A DNA stretch of 64,000 bases from Ostrea edulis (Eukaryota): contig NC_079165.1 in NCBI RefSeq assembly GCF_947568905.1, positions 67,766,001 to 67,830,000 on the forward strand, given 5' to 3'. How positions within the stretch are numbered: position 1 is the first letter of the stretch; every line of letters begins with the position of its first letter. This document shows, in pieces, positions 1 through 10,374 of the stretch. The translations under genes were made by a program, and so were the position numbers. The notes beneath the pieces were generated by a model that was given only the letters and a program-made list of their open reading frames with translations, ran no database searches and was not told the DNA's origin.

Positions 1-1140
1 CGTAGCACAGGGGCAAATAATTGGTTGTTTAGCACTTTGGTGTAACCTAAGAGTAGTAACATTTGTCTTTGAATTTCGAAATGTGGAATATTGATGTCAA
101 TAACTTGTTGCTGGTCGGGCCCATTTCGGAATGAAATATTTCTAACCAACAGAAAATGCTGGGTTAGGCCGGGTGTCTAGGTGATTTCCCGAATCCTCAA
201 GAAAGCGCAAAATGCTAAAAATGAACATGGCTCTTAAAAAGTGTCTAAGGAAAGTTGATGAGGTGGTGTGATTTAGGGCCTTCACAAGTTGAATTACAAT
301 AGGTGGCGTTATTGGAAGTCTGGACTCCGACAAAGGCTTAAACCTGATAACATTTTCTTGATAATGAAATGTTGCGTAATGTCTTGGTAACCTTCTAGGT
401 GAAAAATAAAGCTTAAGGAATATACAAGTGGTCGAGCAGATCAAGCTGCCAGATTCTTTAGGAAACAGTGTGCACTGAATGCTGACAAGTGGTTGAGAGA
501 AGGAGGTATTGGTTTTGCTGATTGCCCAAAACTCCAAGAGATAAAAGTCTTGTATTCAGTGAAAGCCGATTTGTACGCAGAAATGGGAATATGGGAAGTT
601 GACTTTTATAAAAAGTTTTGAGAAAATAAGTACTTTGTTTGACGGATTAGGGATTTTGTCATTCTCTTTAAGAACTGGAATTTACAAAACCTTAATAGTT
701 CGTGTAGAAAGAAAACTTAAAGACCACTTTTTCTCACATTAACACCAGTGTGAGATCGACTTTACCCATGTGAGACAGCCATGTGAGATTTTTCTGTCTC
801 AAACTGCTGCGACGTCACTTGATTGTGACGTCATATATTTTTTCATTATTTATGTTACACGGTGAAGATTTACGTTACATGGTGAAATAAACATATTTTG
901 TATTATTTTATTTAAATTTTAATGCAGTATACTTTCTCGTGGACAACCTTGGGTTTTTTAGTTTACACTTAAAGTGTAAACCATTTTCGGGCATGCTCTT
1001 TCTGCCTATCTAATTAGTTTTTGCATCGAAGTTGAAATGAGGATTTTGATAATCTTTAATTTTCTCAAAGCTCCTAAATTTATGTGCTAAACTGTAGGTA
1101 AAATGTGAGAAAAATAATCCTTCATTATATACTCGTGTGG
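1..1140. repeat. Segmental-duplication block (3' flank of TM-type receptor gene); copies at 62912-64000 and, partially, ~26540-26830
   Basis: Window start 'cgtagcacaggggcaaataattgg' recurs at 62912 and stays collinear to the window end; ~430-725 also matches ~26540-26830. Confidence 0.95.
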
Positions 1141-1280
1141 GATAGGGAAATCACACCTCTGGAACAAGATTCGCTGTCTAGAAATCGGCAAAGCCTCGTG
1201 CTAGACTAGGAATCTTGTCCCCTCGGTCGAATTTCCCTGTCCCACACTCGTACTAATGAAGGATTCTATTAATCACAAAC
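727..1280. mobile_element. Non-autonomous palindromic DNA element (Crypton/MITE-like)
   Basis: Inverted termini ttttctcacatt / aatgtgagaaaa (~730, ~1102-1114) and a ~150-bp hairpin (arms 1116-1151 and 1231-1265). Absent from the paralogous site at ~26828 (aaagacca-atttat-gaattacaa) but present in the copy at ~63640. Confidence 0.65.
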
Positions 1281-1504
1281 GAATTACAATCATTCATCGC
1301 TATTTGTAAGAACGTTATTATAGTCTAAGTGATATAAAATGTAAATCAAGTAGGTGACAGTTTCAGATAATACAATCACAAGATTGATCTTGTTTTTATC
1401 GTTGAAAGTTACGTTTAATCTGTATTAGTACATGCTGATCCACATAAGTTTTTACAAGTATTTGTCATACAAGATTAAAAACAAAATACATATGTGAATG
1501 ATCT

Positions 1505-4500
1505 CTACTCATGGATAATTTCAAGATATGTGTCCATTTGACTGGTTAGCTCGCTTTGACAGATCGATGGACTTTCCACTTCAAAGGTCTGACACTCGGT
1601 CCGACTTCCGCTTTCTGACATCCCTTTTGGTGGCGAACCTATCACGTCTATATACGTGTTTAACATACCTACTGGTTTCAGGTAAGAATTATCCGGGGAT
1701 TCATTAAGATTGTTAGTCACAACATCCAGATAAACTGAACGTCTCTCTTCCAAACTCTCGTCTTCTTGTCTAACACTAAGTTCTTCTGATTTTGTACCAA
1801 TGACTTCATTTCTTAATTTTGGAAGCATTGGTTTTGTTTCATTACGGATTTCAATTTTCGAAACATCTCCGTTTGAGTTTTGTTGTTTTATTGACGTTTG
1901 CGACTCGATTTTGTCGTATCTTGAAATATTTTCCAGCATGCCAGACTCGTTTATTTCTACATAAAGCTCTTCCTCTGCTTCGTTCGTAGCCGATGGCTTG
2001 GACTTTTTGCTTGCAGAAATGTTTTTCCTACGCTTTTTCAGTTTTCCGTGAATCTGGTTAATTATTATTATGATCAGAAATAAAGATAATACAGATCCTG
2101 TGATTATGATGACCTGTAAGGTTTGTGAGTTACCTCCAGAAGCTGACGTAGGAGTCACAGAATTTGTTTCCTTGGATACCACTGCTAAGGAAGGAATGAT
2201 ATCCGTAGGAATAGGATATACTTCGTCTACTTTTGAACTGTAAGGATTTCTCGTTGATTTTGTTTCGACTTTTGGGGATTTTTCAATTGACTTCATGTCG
2301 TTTCCTGCTTCGGTACTTGTTGTAGAAGTGGACGCTATTAGAAAATTAGAAGTGTTAATGCATACATCTTTTATATGAATGTACCAATTTAAGAATTGTC
2401 CTCTTTATATAATCCATTAAATAATTCATTATACACACTAATTAGTTGATACTTATATGAAATCAACACTTACCCTGTGTACGTTTATAGTTGTTTTTGT
2501 ACTCCCTTTCTGTACTTACCAGTAATTAGTCTGCTACACCATTTGTACACCCCTGGTAGTTATTCTACTGATATATCTTTTCTATACACAAGCCGTAATT
2601 TATTCCAATACAGCCTTTGTAAAATTACTGATATTCATTTTGATAAACATTTATGCATACTTACCTGTAATTATTTTGATGTACCCCTCGTACATTTACT
2701 GGTAGTTATTCTAATATACTATTTGTACAGTTACCGGTAATTTTCTGATACATTCTTTGTACAGTTACCGGTAGTTATTTTGATACATTCTGTGTACAAT
2801 CACCGGTACTTATTCTGATGCATTGTTTGTACAGTTACCAGTAGTTATTCTGATGTATTCTTTGTATAGTTACCGGTACTTATTCTGATGCATTGTTTGT
2901 ACAGTTACCGGTAGTTATTTTGATGTATTCTTTGTACAGTTACCGGTTATTATTGTGATACATTGTTTGTACAATCACCGGTAGTTATTCTGATGCATTG
3001 TTTGTACAGTTACCGGTAGTTATTCTGATGCATTGTTTGTACAGTTGCCGGTAGTTATTCTGATGTATTCTTTGTATAGTTACCGGTACTTATTCTGATG
3101 CATTGTTTGTACAGTTACCGGTAGTTATTTTGATGTATTCTTTGTACAGTTACCGGTTGTTATTGTGATACATTGTTTGTACAATCACCGGTAGTTATTC
3201 TGATGCATTGTTTGTACAGTTACCGGTAGTTATTCTGATGAATTGTTTGTACAGTCACCGGTAGTTATTCTGATGTATTCTTTGTATAGTTACCGGTACT
3301 TATTCTGATGCATTGTTTGTACAGTTACCGGTAATTATTTTGATGTATTCTTTGTACAGTTACCGGTTATTATTGTGATACATTGTTTGTACAATCACCG
3401 GTAGTTATTCTGATGCATTGTTTGTACAGTTACCGGTAGTTATTCTGATGAATTGTTTGTACAGTCACCGGTAGTTATTCTGATGCATTGTTTGTACAGT
3501 TACCGGTAGTTATTCTGATACATTCTTTGTACATTGTCAGTTTTTCCTCCACACCCGTTGCACTCGTGGCGGTATCTTTTCCTTATACACTTGTATACAG
3601 TTATTCTGTTTCACCCTTTCTACTCCCACCGGTAAATGTTTTGCTAACAATTTGTATTCTTACCGGTACTTGTTTTGACACACCCTATATGGGGACTACA
3701 AACTTCATCCGCACTACATTTACACTGGAAACCACAGTTCTCCCCGTAAGACAGGTATGGACAAGTAGTGGAACAGTTATCTCCATAGGAACCCGTAGGG
3801 CAGGCTACAGAAAAAAATGAAAGTAAGATGATAAAACTCTTAATGTTGTTAGAGACAACGTGAATACGTAATAAGTTAAGATTTACAACGGTTTGTACTA
3901 GGAGAGAATAAAATGCAAGTCAGAACACAATTCAAAACTGTGGCGGGTCCAGAGAGTGGGGGGGGGGGGGGTTCTGGGGATTGGACCTCCCCACTTTCGT
4001 AAGAAAATTTTGCTAAAAAGGTAAAATTAACGCATTTTGAGGGTGGATAACCCCTTCAAAACCAAAATTATGGTAGAACCCCCTTTAAGAATTCCTGGAT
4101 CCGCCCCTGCAAAGTAAATAATTCATGTTTTGACTTCGTGTTTTAATTGTTACATCATATTGATGGAGAAATAGAGAGTGACTTACGAATGCATCCACCA
4201 TTGTGATGGTAAAAATTCGTGCAGCACTTGCCTCTGGAAAAAAGTTTTGTAATTAGATTTTATCTTCCAATAAATCTAACAAGAGAATCTATATAATGAT
4301 ATTTTGAATACATTTGTATGTTTACCAAGGATGATATTTTGGAATTAGCGGAAATTTGTAAATTCAATAGGCAACATATTAAGAAGAAAAAAATGAACCC
4401 ATCAATAAAATGTCATGTGTATTTACATAGCCCCATGGATCCACTAGTTTCATTTCACTCACAAGATACTATTCCAAGTGAAAAATGAAGATAACGGAAC

Positions 4501-7500
4501 AGTGATCAATCTCATAACTCCCACAAGCAATACGAAATAGATAGTTGGGCAAACACGGACCCCTGGACACACCAGAGGTGGGATCAGGTGCCTAGGAGGA
4601 GTAAGTATCCCCTGTCGACCGGTTACACCCGACGTGAGCCCTATATCCTGTTCAAGTAAACGGAGTTATACGCAGTCAAAATCAGTGTGCCAAGAATGGC
4701 TTAACAATCGGTATGAAACACGTCAGACAACACAAGTCTTATATCATTAGTCATACGTCGTTGACTGAAATCGGGAAACATACCCATCGGGAAGTTGTTG
4801 CGCGGTAAAGCGGACCGAGTTTGCGAGGTTTGTTTCCGCGAAAAGACCGAGAACTGATTCCGATATTCACTAAACAACCTATCTATTGCATATATGACGC
4901 CACAATTAGGTTAAGTAGGTATCTACAAAGCGGCCAATTAAGGCTCACTTAAAATCGGGGTACTTTAAAATCTACAGGTATGAAAGGGGAATATAACGAA
5001 CAGTAATCAGTCTCAACTCCTCTAAGCAATACAAAATAGAGTTGGGCAAACACGAACCCCTGGACACACCAGAGGTGGGATCAGGTGCCTAGGAGGAGTA
5101 AGTATCCCCTGTCGACAGATCACACCCGCCGTGAGTCCTATATCTTGACCAGCTCTACGGAGTTATCCTTAGTCAAAATCAATGTGCCGAGAACGGCCTA
5201 GCAATCGGTATGAAACATGTCCGACAGCATTTGACCCAATGAAAGGTTGTTCTGGCAAACTATATTTTGTGTATCAAATGAGTTGAGCGATATAAACACC
5301 ATATGCAGTTGATAACGGAATATTGCAACATAAATAGGGGAAATTGACGATGTACAAGCTGAAATCATCCCGTTTGACATAAAGTTGAGTTGTTAGTTTG
5401 CCGTTTAACATCTACTTTCGATAAAATATCTAGGAAGCAGAAGTACACGACTCTGTGGTGTCTTTTATTTCGAGTTCACAGGGATATATCGAAATCATTG
5501 ATTGATTGTATCTTGTTTAACGTCTCTCTCTCTCTCTCTCGATCGATCGATCGGTCGATCTATCGAGTTTCACTCATATGAGCCGTCAACAAGACCGGTG
5601 AAATTTAGGCCTTTGCTCGGCATTTACGGTCATTTAGCAGTGAGGATTCTTTATTATGCCACACCTATTGTGACATGGAACATCCGTTTTTAAGGTCATC
5701 TCTGAGGACCCATGACATTCACACCTTATACCGAGCGTTTGGCGATGGAACTGTCACTATTTTAACGACTTAGGTCTGTCGTGGCCGGGATTCGAACCCC
5801 GGCCTTCCGCATACGGGACGAACGCTTTAATCTCTAGGCCACCACGTCGGTTTATCGAAATGATTGATCGATTATAAAATATAGGCCTAAGCTCGGCGCT
5901 TATGGCCATTGAGCAGGGAAGGATCTTTATCGTGCCACACCTGCTGTGACACGGGGCCTTGGATTTTACGGTCTCAGCCGAAGGACCGCCCTATTTAGTC
6001 GCCTCCTACGACAAGCAAGGGGGTACTGACGACCTATTCTAACCCGGATCCCCACGGGTTTTATCGAAATGACATATGAATGAAAATTATTATTGTTAAT
6101 ATGTGGCAGGGTGATCTTTATATCTAATTGAATTTTCTACATTTTTCAATACTAAGCTCTGCTATATTAATTGAATGAAATCTATTCACAACATTCTATT
6201 GACCAGGTTGTTTGTAGGAATTCACTCACTCTAGCTAAAACCAGTTTAATAACTTTTTCTTCTATAAATAAGTTTCGCGGGCTTTTTCATCAGTGCAGGA
6301 AATTTGTTTTCGAGGGAGTAGACCTATACATGTAGCTGCCCGTTGTGCCACACCTTAAGGTATATATTTGAAATGTTTATTATTAACTGATTGATAATTA
6401 TGTACGTTGAACTATTTTTTTATCAGTATATTTCTCTACTATGAAATGACCGTTTTTTGATCAAGGACTATAAATTTTGTTACTTTTTGAAGTAAAGTAA
6501 TAAAGTCGATCATATACATTTCATTGGAATATTTTGACTTCTTTAAAGGGAAATACGAATATGAATTTATGTAATTGTATATTTTGTTGCATATGTAATG
6601 TGGTGTGTGATTTGTTAATTTCAGATCTGCCATTGCCTTTAGTTGTTAATAAATTTAATAAAACCTACGTCGCTTGGTTATATTTGGCGTCGCCGGTTAT
6701 CCCGCATCAACTTTGTAAGGCAATGGCTTGTGGTAACAACGGATGGCGGAATTCATGGGTAGATCTCTCTACATATTAATATCGTGGACGCCGTGAGTAC
6801 TTTGTGCTGGATTTCACACCTACCCGACAACGACAATGGCGGCTCACCCGACCGTGAAGTCATTACAAAAAGAGGTTACCGCATTGCAGAATAAAATCAG
6901 TGAAATGGGCTGGGAAAATACTGAAGCGAAAACAGTGTATGTACAACGAGATCGAACACTTCCCAAATTTAACGGTTACAACATGGACATCGAGGACTGG
7001 ATAGAGGATGTCCATTACGCAGCACGCGGAACAACGACAGAAGAGGGCGCGGATCTAATCTACCAACACCTATCTGGAAATGCGAGAGACGAAATCAAGT
7101 TCCTGGATGGAAATGTGAGAAAAAATCCGTTGCAAATGATCAATGTATTAAGAGAAGCTTTCGGGGATAAAGAAAATGCTATGAAACTACAAAAGAAATT
7201 TCTAGATAGAAAACAGAGCGAAAGTGAAACTCTACGTCAATATTCATACGCACTTATGGATATCATGAAAAAGTTATTGCGCAAGGATTCGTCAGTGTTT
7301 AGGAATGAAGATAAAGCCATGCGTGACCAGTTTTCAGGAAACGTCAGGGATACCTTTCTACGGAAACATCTAAAGCGTATTCTGCGGACACAGCCGGATA
7401 TAACATTTATCGAACTTCGTGAGGAGGCTACACTCTGGGCAGAGGAAGACGAAAACACCGATGTAAAAGACTCAAGTGAAAAACAAATTGAGAAATCAAA

Positions 7501-10374
7501 TGAAACGAAACTTGATATGTCAACAAAACAATCGGAAAGCGGAAGTGAAAGCAGAATCAAAGAACTGTCCGAAATGTTGAAGAAACAATCGCGACAAATA
7601 GACAGTTTAACAAAAGCAGTTAATTCAACGCAAAGGTATGAACCTGACTGGTATTATGAACGACCACTGATATGTTTTGGATGCAAGAAGCAGGGCCACA
7701 AAATAGCTGACTGTCCATCAAAATCCGAGTCTACAAATGCAGATTCAAAACGTCAGTCTACAAAAGCTCCACCGGAAAACAACAGCCCTTCGTAATGCCG
7801 AGTCCAGTTATAGAAGGGAATCAAACGGACTCTTGGAGAATGAACACTCGATTAGTCGGTAAATGTCCTACTACATTTGTAAATATGAACGGTGTTAAAG
7901 TAAATTGTTTAGTAGATACTGGTTCATCAGTTTCAACAGTGACTGAATCTTTTTATCAAAAACATTTAAAAGCAGCAAGCAAACTGAATACTGACATTGT
8001 GTTTTCACTGAAAGCTACAAATGGATTTTCTATTCCATTCATTGGATACGTAGAGGTCAACATAGAGGTCATGGGTCAGCTATTAGAGCAAGTTGGAGTA
8101 TTAATAGTGAAGGACTCTGTTGACTATGAAACTCGACAACGCAAAGAGAAAATTCCGGCTATTTTAGGAATGAACACTATTTCACTTTGTAGAAAGCTAT
8201 TGGAAACACAACATGGCACTGATTACACAGAAAAAGTAGAAGAGATTTCAGTGAACAACAAGTTAAAGGAACAATTCAAAGCGTGTAACAGAAATGTAAA
8301 ACATGATGTCATAGGATATGTGAAAGTCTGTGCTAAATCTCCAGTTCGCATTCCTGGAAAATCAGTGACTGTTATCAATGGTACAGGACCAAAGCTACCA
8401 AGATTATATGAAGCAATGGTGGAACCTTTAGCATCTAATCAGCATTTGTCGTCAAATATTATTGTCGTTCGTACTTTAACCAAAGTGAACCGGGGATTTT
8501 TGAGTTTCCGCATAGCAAACGTTGGCAGTGACGAAGTGTGGCTAGCACCCAGAGCAAGAGTTGCAGTTCTTGTACATGGTGAGATAGTTGAAAATCATTC
8601 TAACATTGAATTTACCAGGCATGGAAACATTAAACCGCCGTGACGTTACCAAATCTGTTTCAAGATGACAATTCTATACATATTATGTCTGATATTATGA
8701 ACTTTTTTTGTTGCTTTGTGTTTTCATGTAAATATTATTAGTAGGAAGTATGTGGCTGTTTATATTTGATTAATGTTTTTCATTTATCGAGACGCTAAAT
8801 TTAAAGCTGGGGAGTATGTGGCAGGGTGATCTTTATATCTAATTGAATTTTCTACATTTTTCAATACTAAGCTCTGCTATATTAATTGAATGAAATCTAT
8901 TCACAACATTCTATTGACCAGGTTGTTTGTAGGAATTCACTCACTCTAGCTAAAACCAGTTTAATAACTTTTTCTTCTATAAATAAGTTTCGCGGGCTTT
9001 TTCATCAGTGCAGGAAATTTGTTTTCGAGGGAGTAGACCTATACATGTAGCTGCCCGTTGTGCCACACCTTAAGGTATATATTTGAAATGTTTATTATTA
9101 ACTGATTGATAATTATGTACGTTGAACTATTTTTTTATCAGTATATTTCTCTACTATGAAATGACCGTTTTTTGATCAAGGACTATAAATTTTGTTACTT
9201 TTTGAAGTAAAGTAATAAAGTCGATCATATACATTTCATTGGAATATTTTGACTTCTTTAAAGGGAAATACGAATATGAATTTATGTAATTGTATATTTT
9301 GTTGCATATGTAATGTGGTGTGTGATTTGTTAATTTCAGATCTGCCATTGCCTTTAGTTGTTAATAAATTTAATAAAACCTACGTCGCTTGGTTATAAAT
9401 AGATAAAACTTCGTCGATATATCTTAATGTCGAATTGAAGGCCACACCAAGAGGGTTTTTTTTTCTCACTTATAACTTTTTGAATAAATTTTGCTTCATA
9501 GGAATAAAAAAAAACTGGTCAGCTGACAAAGTAAGCACAATTCGTGCCCATGGGAATTCCAACAGATTCTTGGAAGACCTGATCACCAAAGACCACGAAG
9601 ATATTGTCAATGATGAACTCCAGCATATTATTTATTTTATCTTCAGAGACTTGTGCGTGCAATCAGAGTGGTGTTTAACAAAGTAATTTTTTGGATGAGT
9701 GATTTGTTGTCAAAAAATCTAGTATTTAATTCATCGTGAGGAATGGTTGTGCGAAGTGTTGAAAAGTCATAGGTTTTGATGTTGTTGATTTGAGAAAAGT
9801 TTTGTGATTTCAAATTCACTGAAAGTTGTTTAGAATGTTTTTAGTATCCACACTTGATGTACACCAATTCTGGCATATGTGGTCGCACAGTACGTTTGAA
9901 GTTTCTCATTCAAAGTTGTAAATATTTTCGTGAGGAGCAAATATAGGGGCTTTGTAGAACGCTTACTGGATCCAGCAATGTATCTTTTTGAGTGTTTTTA
10001 TGAAGTTTAGAAATCCAGTATAAGTACGGTAACTCATATTCATCCGACCCATTGACTGAAATATTAAATTCGTCTAAAACTGAAGCATGGTTTTGAAGAA
10101 TTTCATCTTTTGAAAGGGTAGTTAGATTATATGTAAGATTACCAAAAATGGAATTAATGCCAAGTTCGTTTAAAATACAATATGTAATAAGAGTACATAT
10201 AGAAATATTAATATTATGTCCATTTTAACAGTTTGATATTTATCTAGGTACATACCCTTGTTCTACGTACCCATCGTTAACACAGTTTCCTTTAGTTGCT
10301 GTTTCTGCATTGAGTGATAAAACCAATAAGGCCAATCCTATGTTTAGACCTCTCCATGAATTAAAAATGTTCAT
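1505..10374 (-). CDS. Gene A: small CED-1/MEGF10/Nimrod-like type-I membrane receptor, 373 aa; join(10271..10374,4187..4233,3664..3804,1505..2334)
   Basis: All GT-AG, phases 2/1/1 in frame. Exon 1 signal peptide MNIFNSWRGLNIGLALLVLSLNAE; exon 2 GKCCTNFYHHNGGCI (CCxGY-like); exon 3 CPTGSYGDNCSTTCPYLSYGENCGFQCKCSADEVCSPHIGCV (EGF-like); exon 4 Ser/Thr stalk, TM VIIITGSVLSLFLIIIII, and tail with YVEI, YDKI, YLDV, YLKP, YIDV, YLEI. Family assignment comes from the Cys pattern. Confidence 0.85.
2690..3535. repeat. 35-bp tandem array in intron 3 of gene A
   Basis: Unit tgtacagttaccggtagttattctgatgcattgtt; period checked (cattg at 2961 and 2996); roughly 24 units. Confidence 0.95.
3938..4109. mobile_element. 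MITE with C(A/T)GTGGCGG(A/G)TCCAG-type TIRs
   Basis: Begins ctgtggcgggtccag, ends ctggatccgcccctg; poly-G subterminal tract. Confidence 0.75.
4480..4732 (-). mobile_element. Penelope-like element (PLE) 3' fragment
   Basis: Shares the ~250-bp tail (…ttgatcactgttcgttatcttcacctttca) found downstream of the PLE RT C-terminus elsewhere in the window. Confidence 0.8.
4981..5495 (-). mobile_element. PLE 3' fragment including RT C-terminal remnant
   Basis: Same tail plus degenerate 'TQLYVKRDDFSLYIVNFPYLCCNIP..SAYGVYIAQL' on the minus strand. Confidence 0.8.
5496..5850 (-). mobile_element. tRNA-derived SINE
   Basis: Minus-strand head with A-box TGGCCTAGAG (~5831-5841) and B-box GGTTCGAATCC (5788-5798); tail GACGTTAAACAAGATACAATCAATCAA; flanked by tatcgaaat direct repeats. 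Confidence 0.8.
5862..6058 (-). mobile_element. SINE-like family 2 (head CCCGTGGGGATCCGGGTTAGAATAGG)
   Basis: Same family at 30195, 30869 and 54475; 3' half homologous to the tRNA-SINE; flanked by tatcgaaat repeats. Confidence 0.75.
6102..6682 (+). repeat. 5' LTR
   Basis: TGTGG...GTTATA; matches 8817-9397 at offset 2715. Confidence 0.95.
6263..6294 (+). promoter_or_regulatory. LTR core promoter (TATA plus initiator-like)
   Basis: TATAAATA at 6263-6270 and TCAGT at 6290-6294 (29-nt spacing); AATAAA signals near 6648-6662. Confidence 0.5.
6836..7795 (+). CDS. gag: Gag polyprotein (capsid plus CCHC zinc knuckle), 319 aa
   Basis: Intact ORF downstream of the PBS; LPKFNG..IEDWIEDV..LSGNARDEI capsid-like segment; CFGCKKQGHKIADC knuckle. 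Confidence 0.9.
   Translation: MAAHPTVKSLQKEVTALQNKISEMGWENTEAKTVYVQRDRTLPKFNGYNMDIEDWIEDVHYAARGTTTEEGADLIYQHLSGNARDEIKFLDGNVRKNPLQMINVLREAFGDKENAMKLQKKFLDRKQSESETLRQYSYALMDIMKKLLRKDSSVFRNEDKAMRDQFSGNVRDTFLRKHLKRILRTQPDITFIELREEATLWAEEDENTDVKDSSEKQIEKSNETKLDMSTKQSESGSESRIKELSEMLKKQSRQIDSLTKAVNSTQRYEPDWYYERPLICFGCKKQGHKIADCPSKSESTNADSKRQSTKAPPENNSPS
7795..8643 (+). CDS. pro: Retroviral-type aspartic protease (truncated Pol), 282 aa
   Basis: LVDTGS active-site motif and ILGMN flap-like motif; -1 frame relative to gag; ends before any RT. Confidence 0.88.
   Translation: MPSPVIEGNQTDSWRMNTRLVGKCPTTFVNMNGVKVNCLVDTGSSVSTVTESFYQKHLKAASKLNTDIVFSLKATNGFSIPFIGYVEVNIEVMGQLLEQVGVLIVKDSVDYETRQRKEKIPAILGMNTISLCRKLLETQHGTDYTEKVEEISVNNKLKEQFKACNRNVKHDVIGYVKVCAKSPVRIPGKSVTVINGTGPKLPRLYEAMVEPLASNQHLSSNIIVVRTLTKVNRGFLSFRIANVGSDEVWLAPRARVAVLVHGEIVENHSNIEFTRHGNIKPP
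8817..9397 (+). repeat. 3' LTR
   Basis: Copy of 6102-6682, followed by TSD aata. Confidence 0.95.
9520..10150 (-). mobile_element. PLE (Naiad/Chlamys-type) reverse-transcriptase fragment, degenerate
   Basis: Minus-strand translation with frameshifts: ELPYLYWISKLHKN ... NMLEFIIDNIFVVFGDQVFQESVGIPMGTNCA. Confidence 0.85.

Larger units (their letters stand above)
6102..9397 (+). mobile_element. Non-autonomous Ty3/Gypsy LTR retrotransposon (gag + protease only), 3296 bp
   Basis: Two 581-bp LTRs with no difference seen by eye (6102-6682, 8817-9397); 4-bp TSD AATA (6098-6101, 9398-9401); PBS-like TGGCGTCGCCGG at 6685; purine-rich tract aaagctggggagta before the 3' LTR; no RT, RNase H or integrase motifs. 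Confidence 0.95.

Noticed and set aside
142-537. 131-aa minus-strand ORF
   Set aside because: No recognisable motif and not maintained in the paralogue at ~26430-26650.
2690-3535. 35-bp and 39-bp arrays as CRISPR arrays
   Set aside because: Units are head-to-tail without unique spacers; no cas genes; eukaryotic intronic context.
5780-5850. tRNA gene
   Set aside because: Has A/B boxes but continues into a SINE body and tail with TSDs; no complete cloverleaf.
5862-6058. HDV-like ribozyme in the family-2 SINE head
   Set aside because: A P3/L3-like GGU-CCUCAGU-ACC exists but no P1 or P2 partners were found.
6270-6296. Minus-strand CUGAUGA...GAAA in the LTR as a hammerhead
   Set aside because: The intervening AAAAGCCCGC cannot form stem II.
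7237-7560. 107-aa antisense ORF
   Set aside because: Shadow of gag.
1505-10374. Gene symbol MEGF10 / SCARF1 / ced-1 for genes A-D
   Set aside because: Only a miniature ectodomain and no NPxY; orthology cannot be supported from sequence alone.
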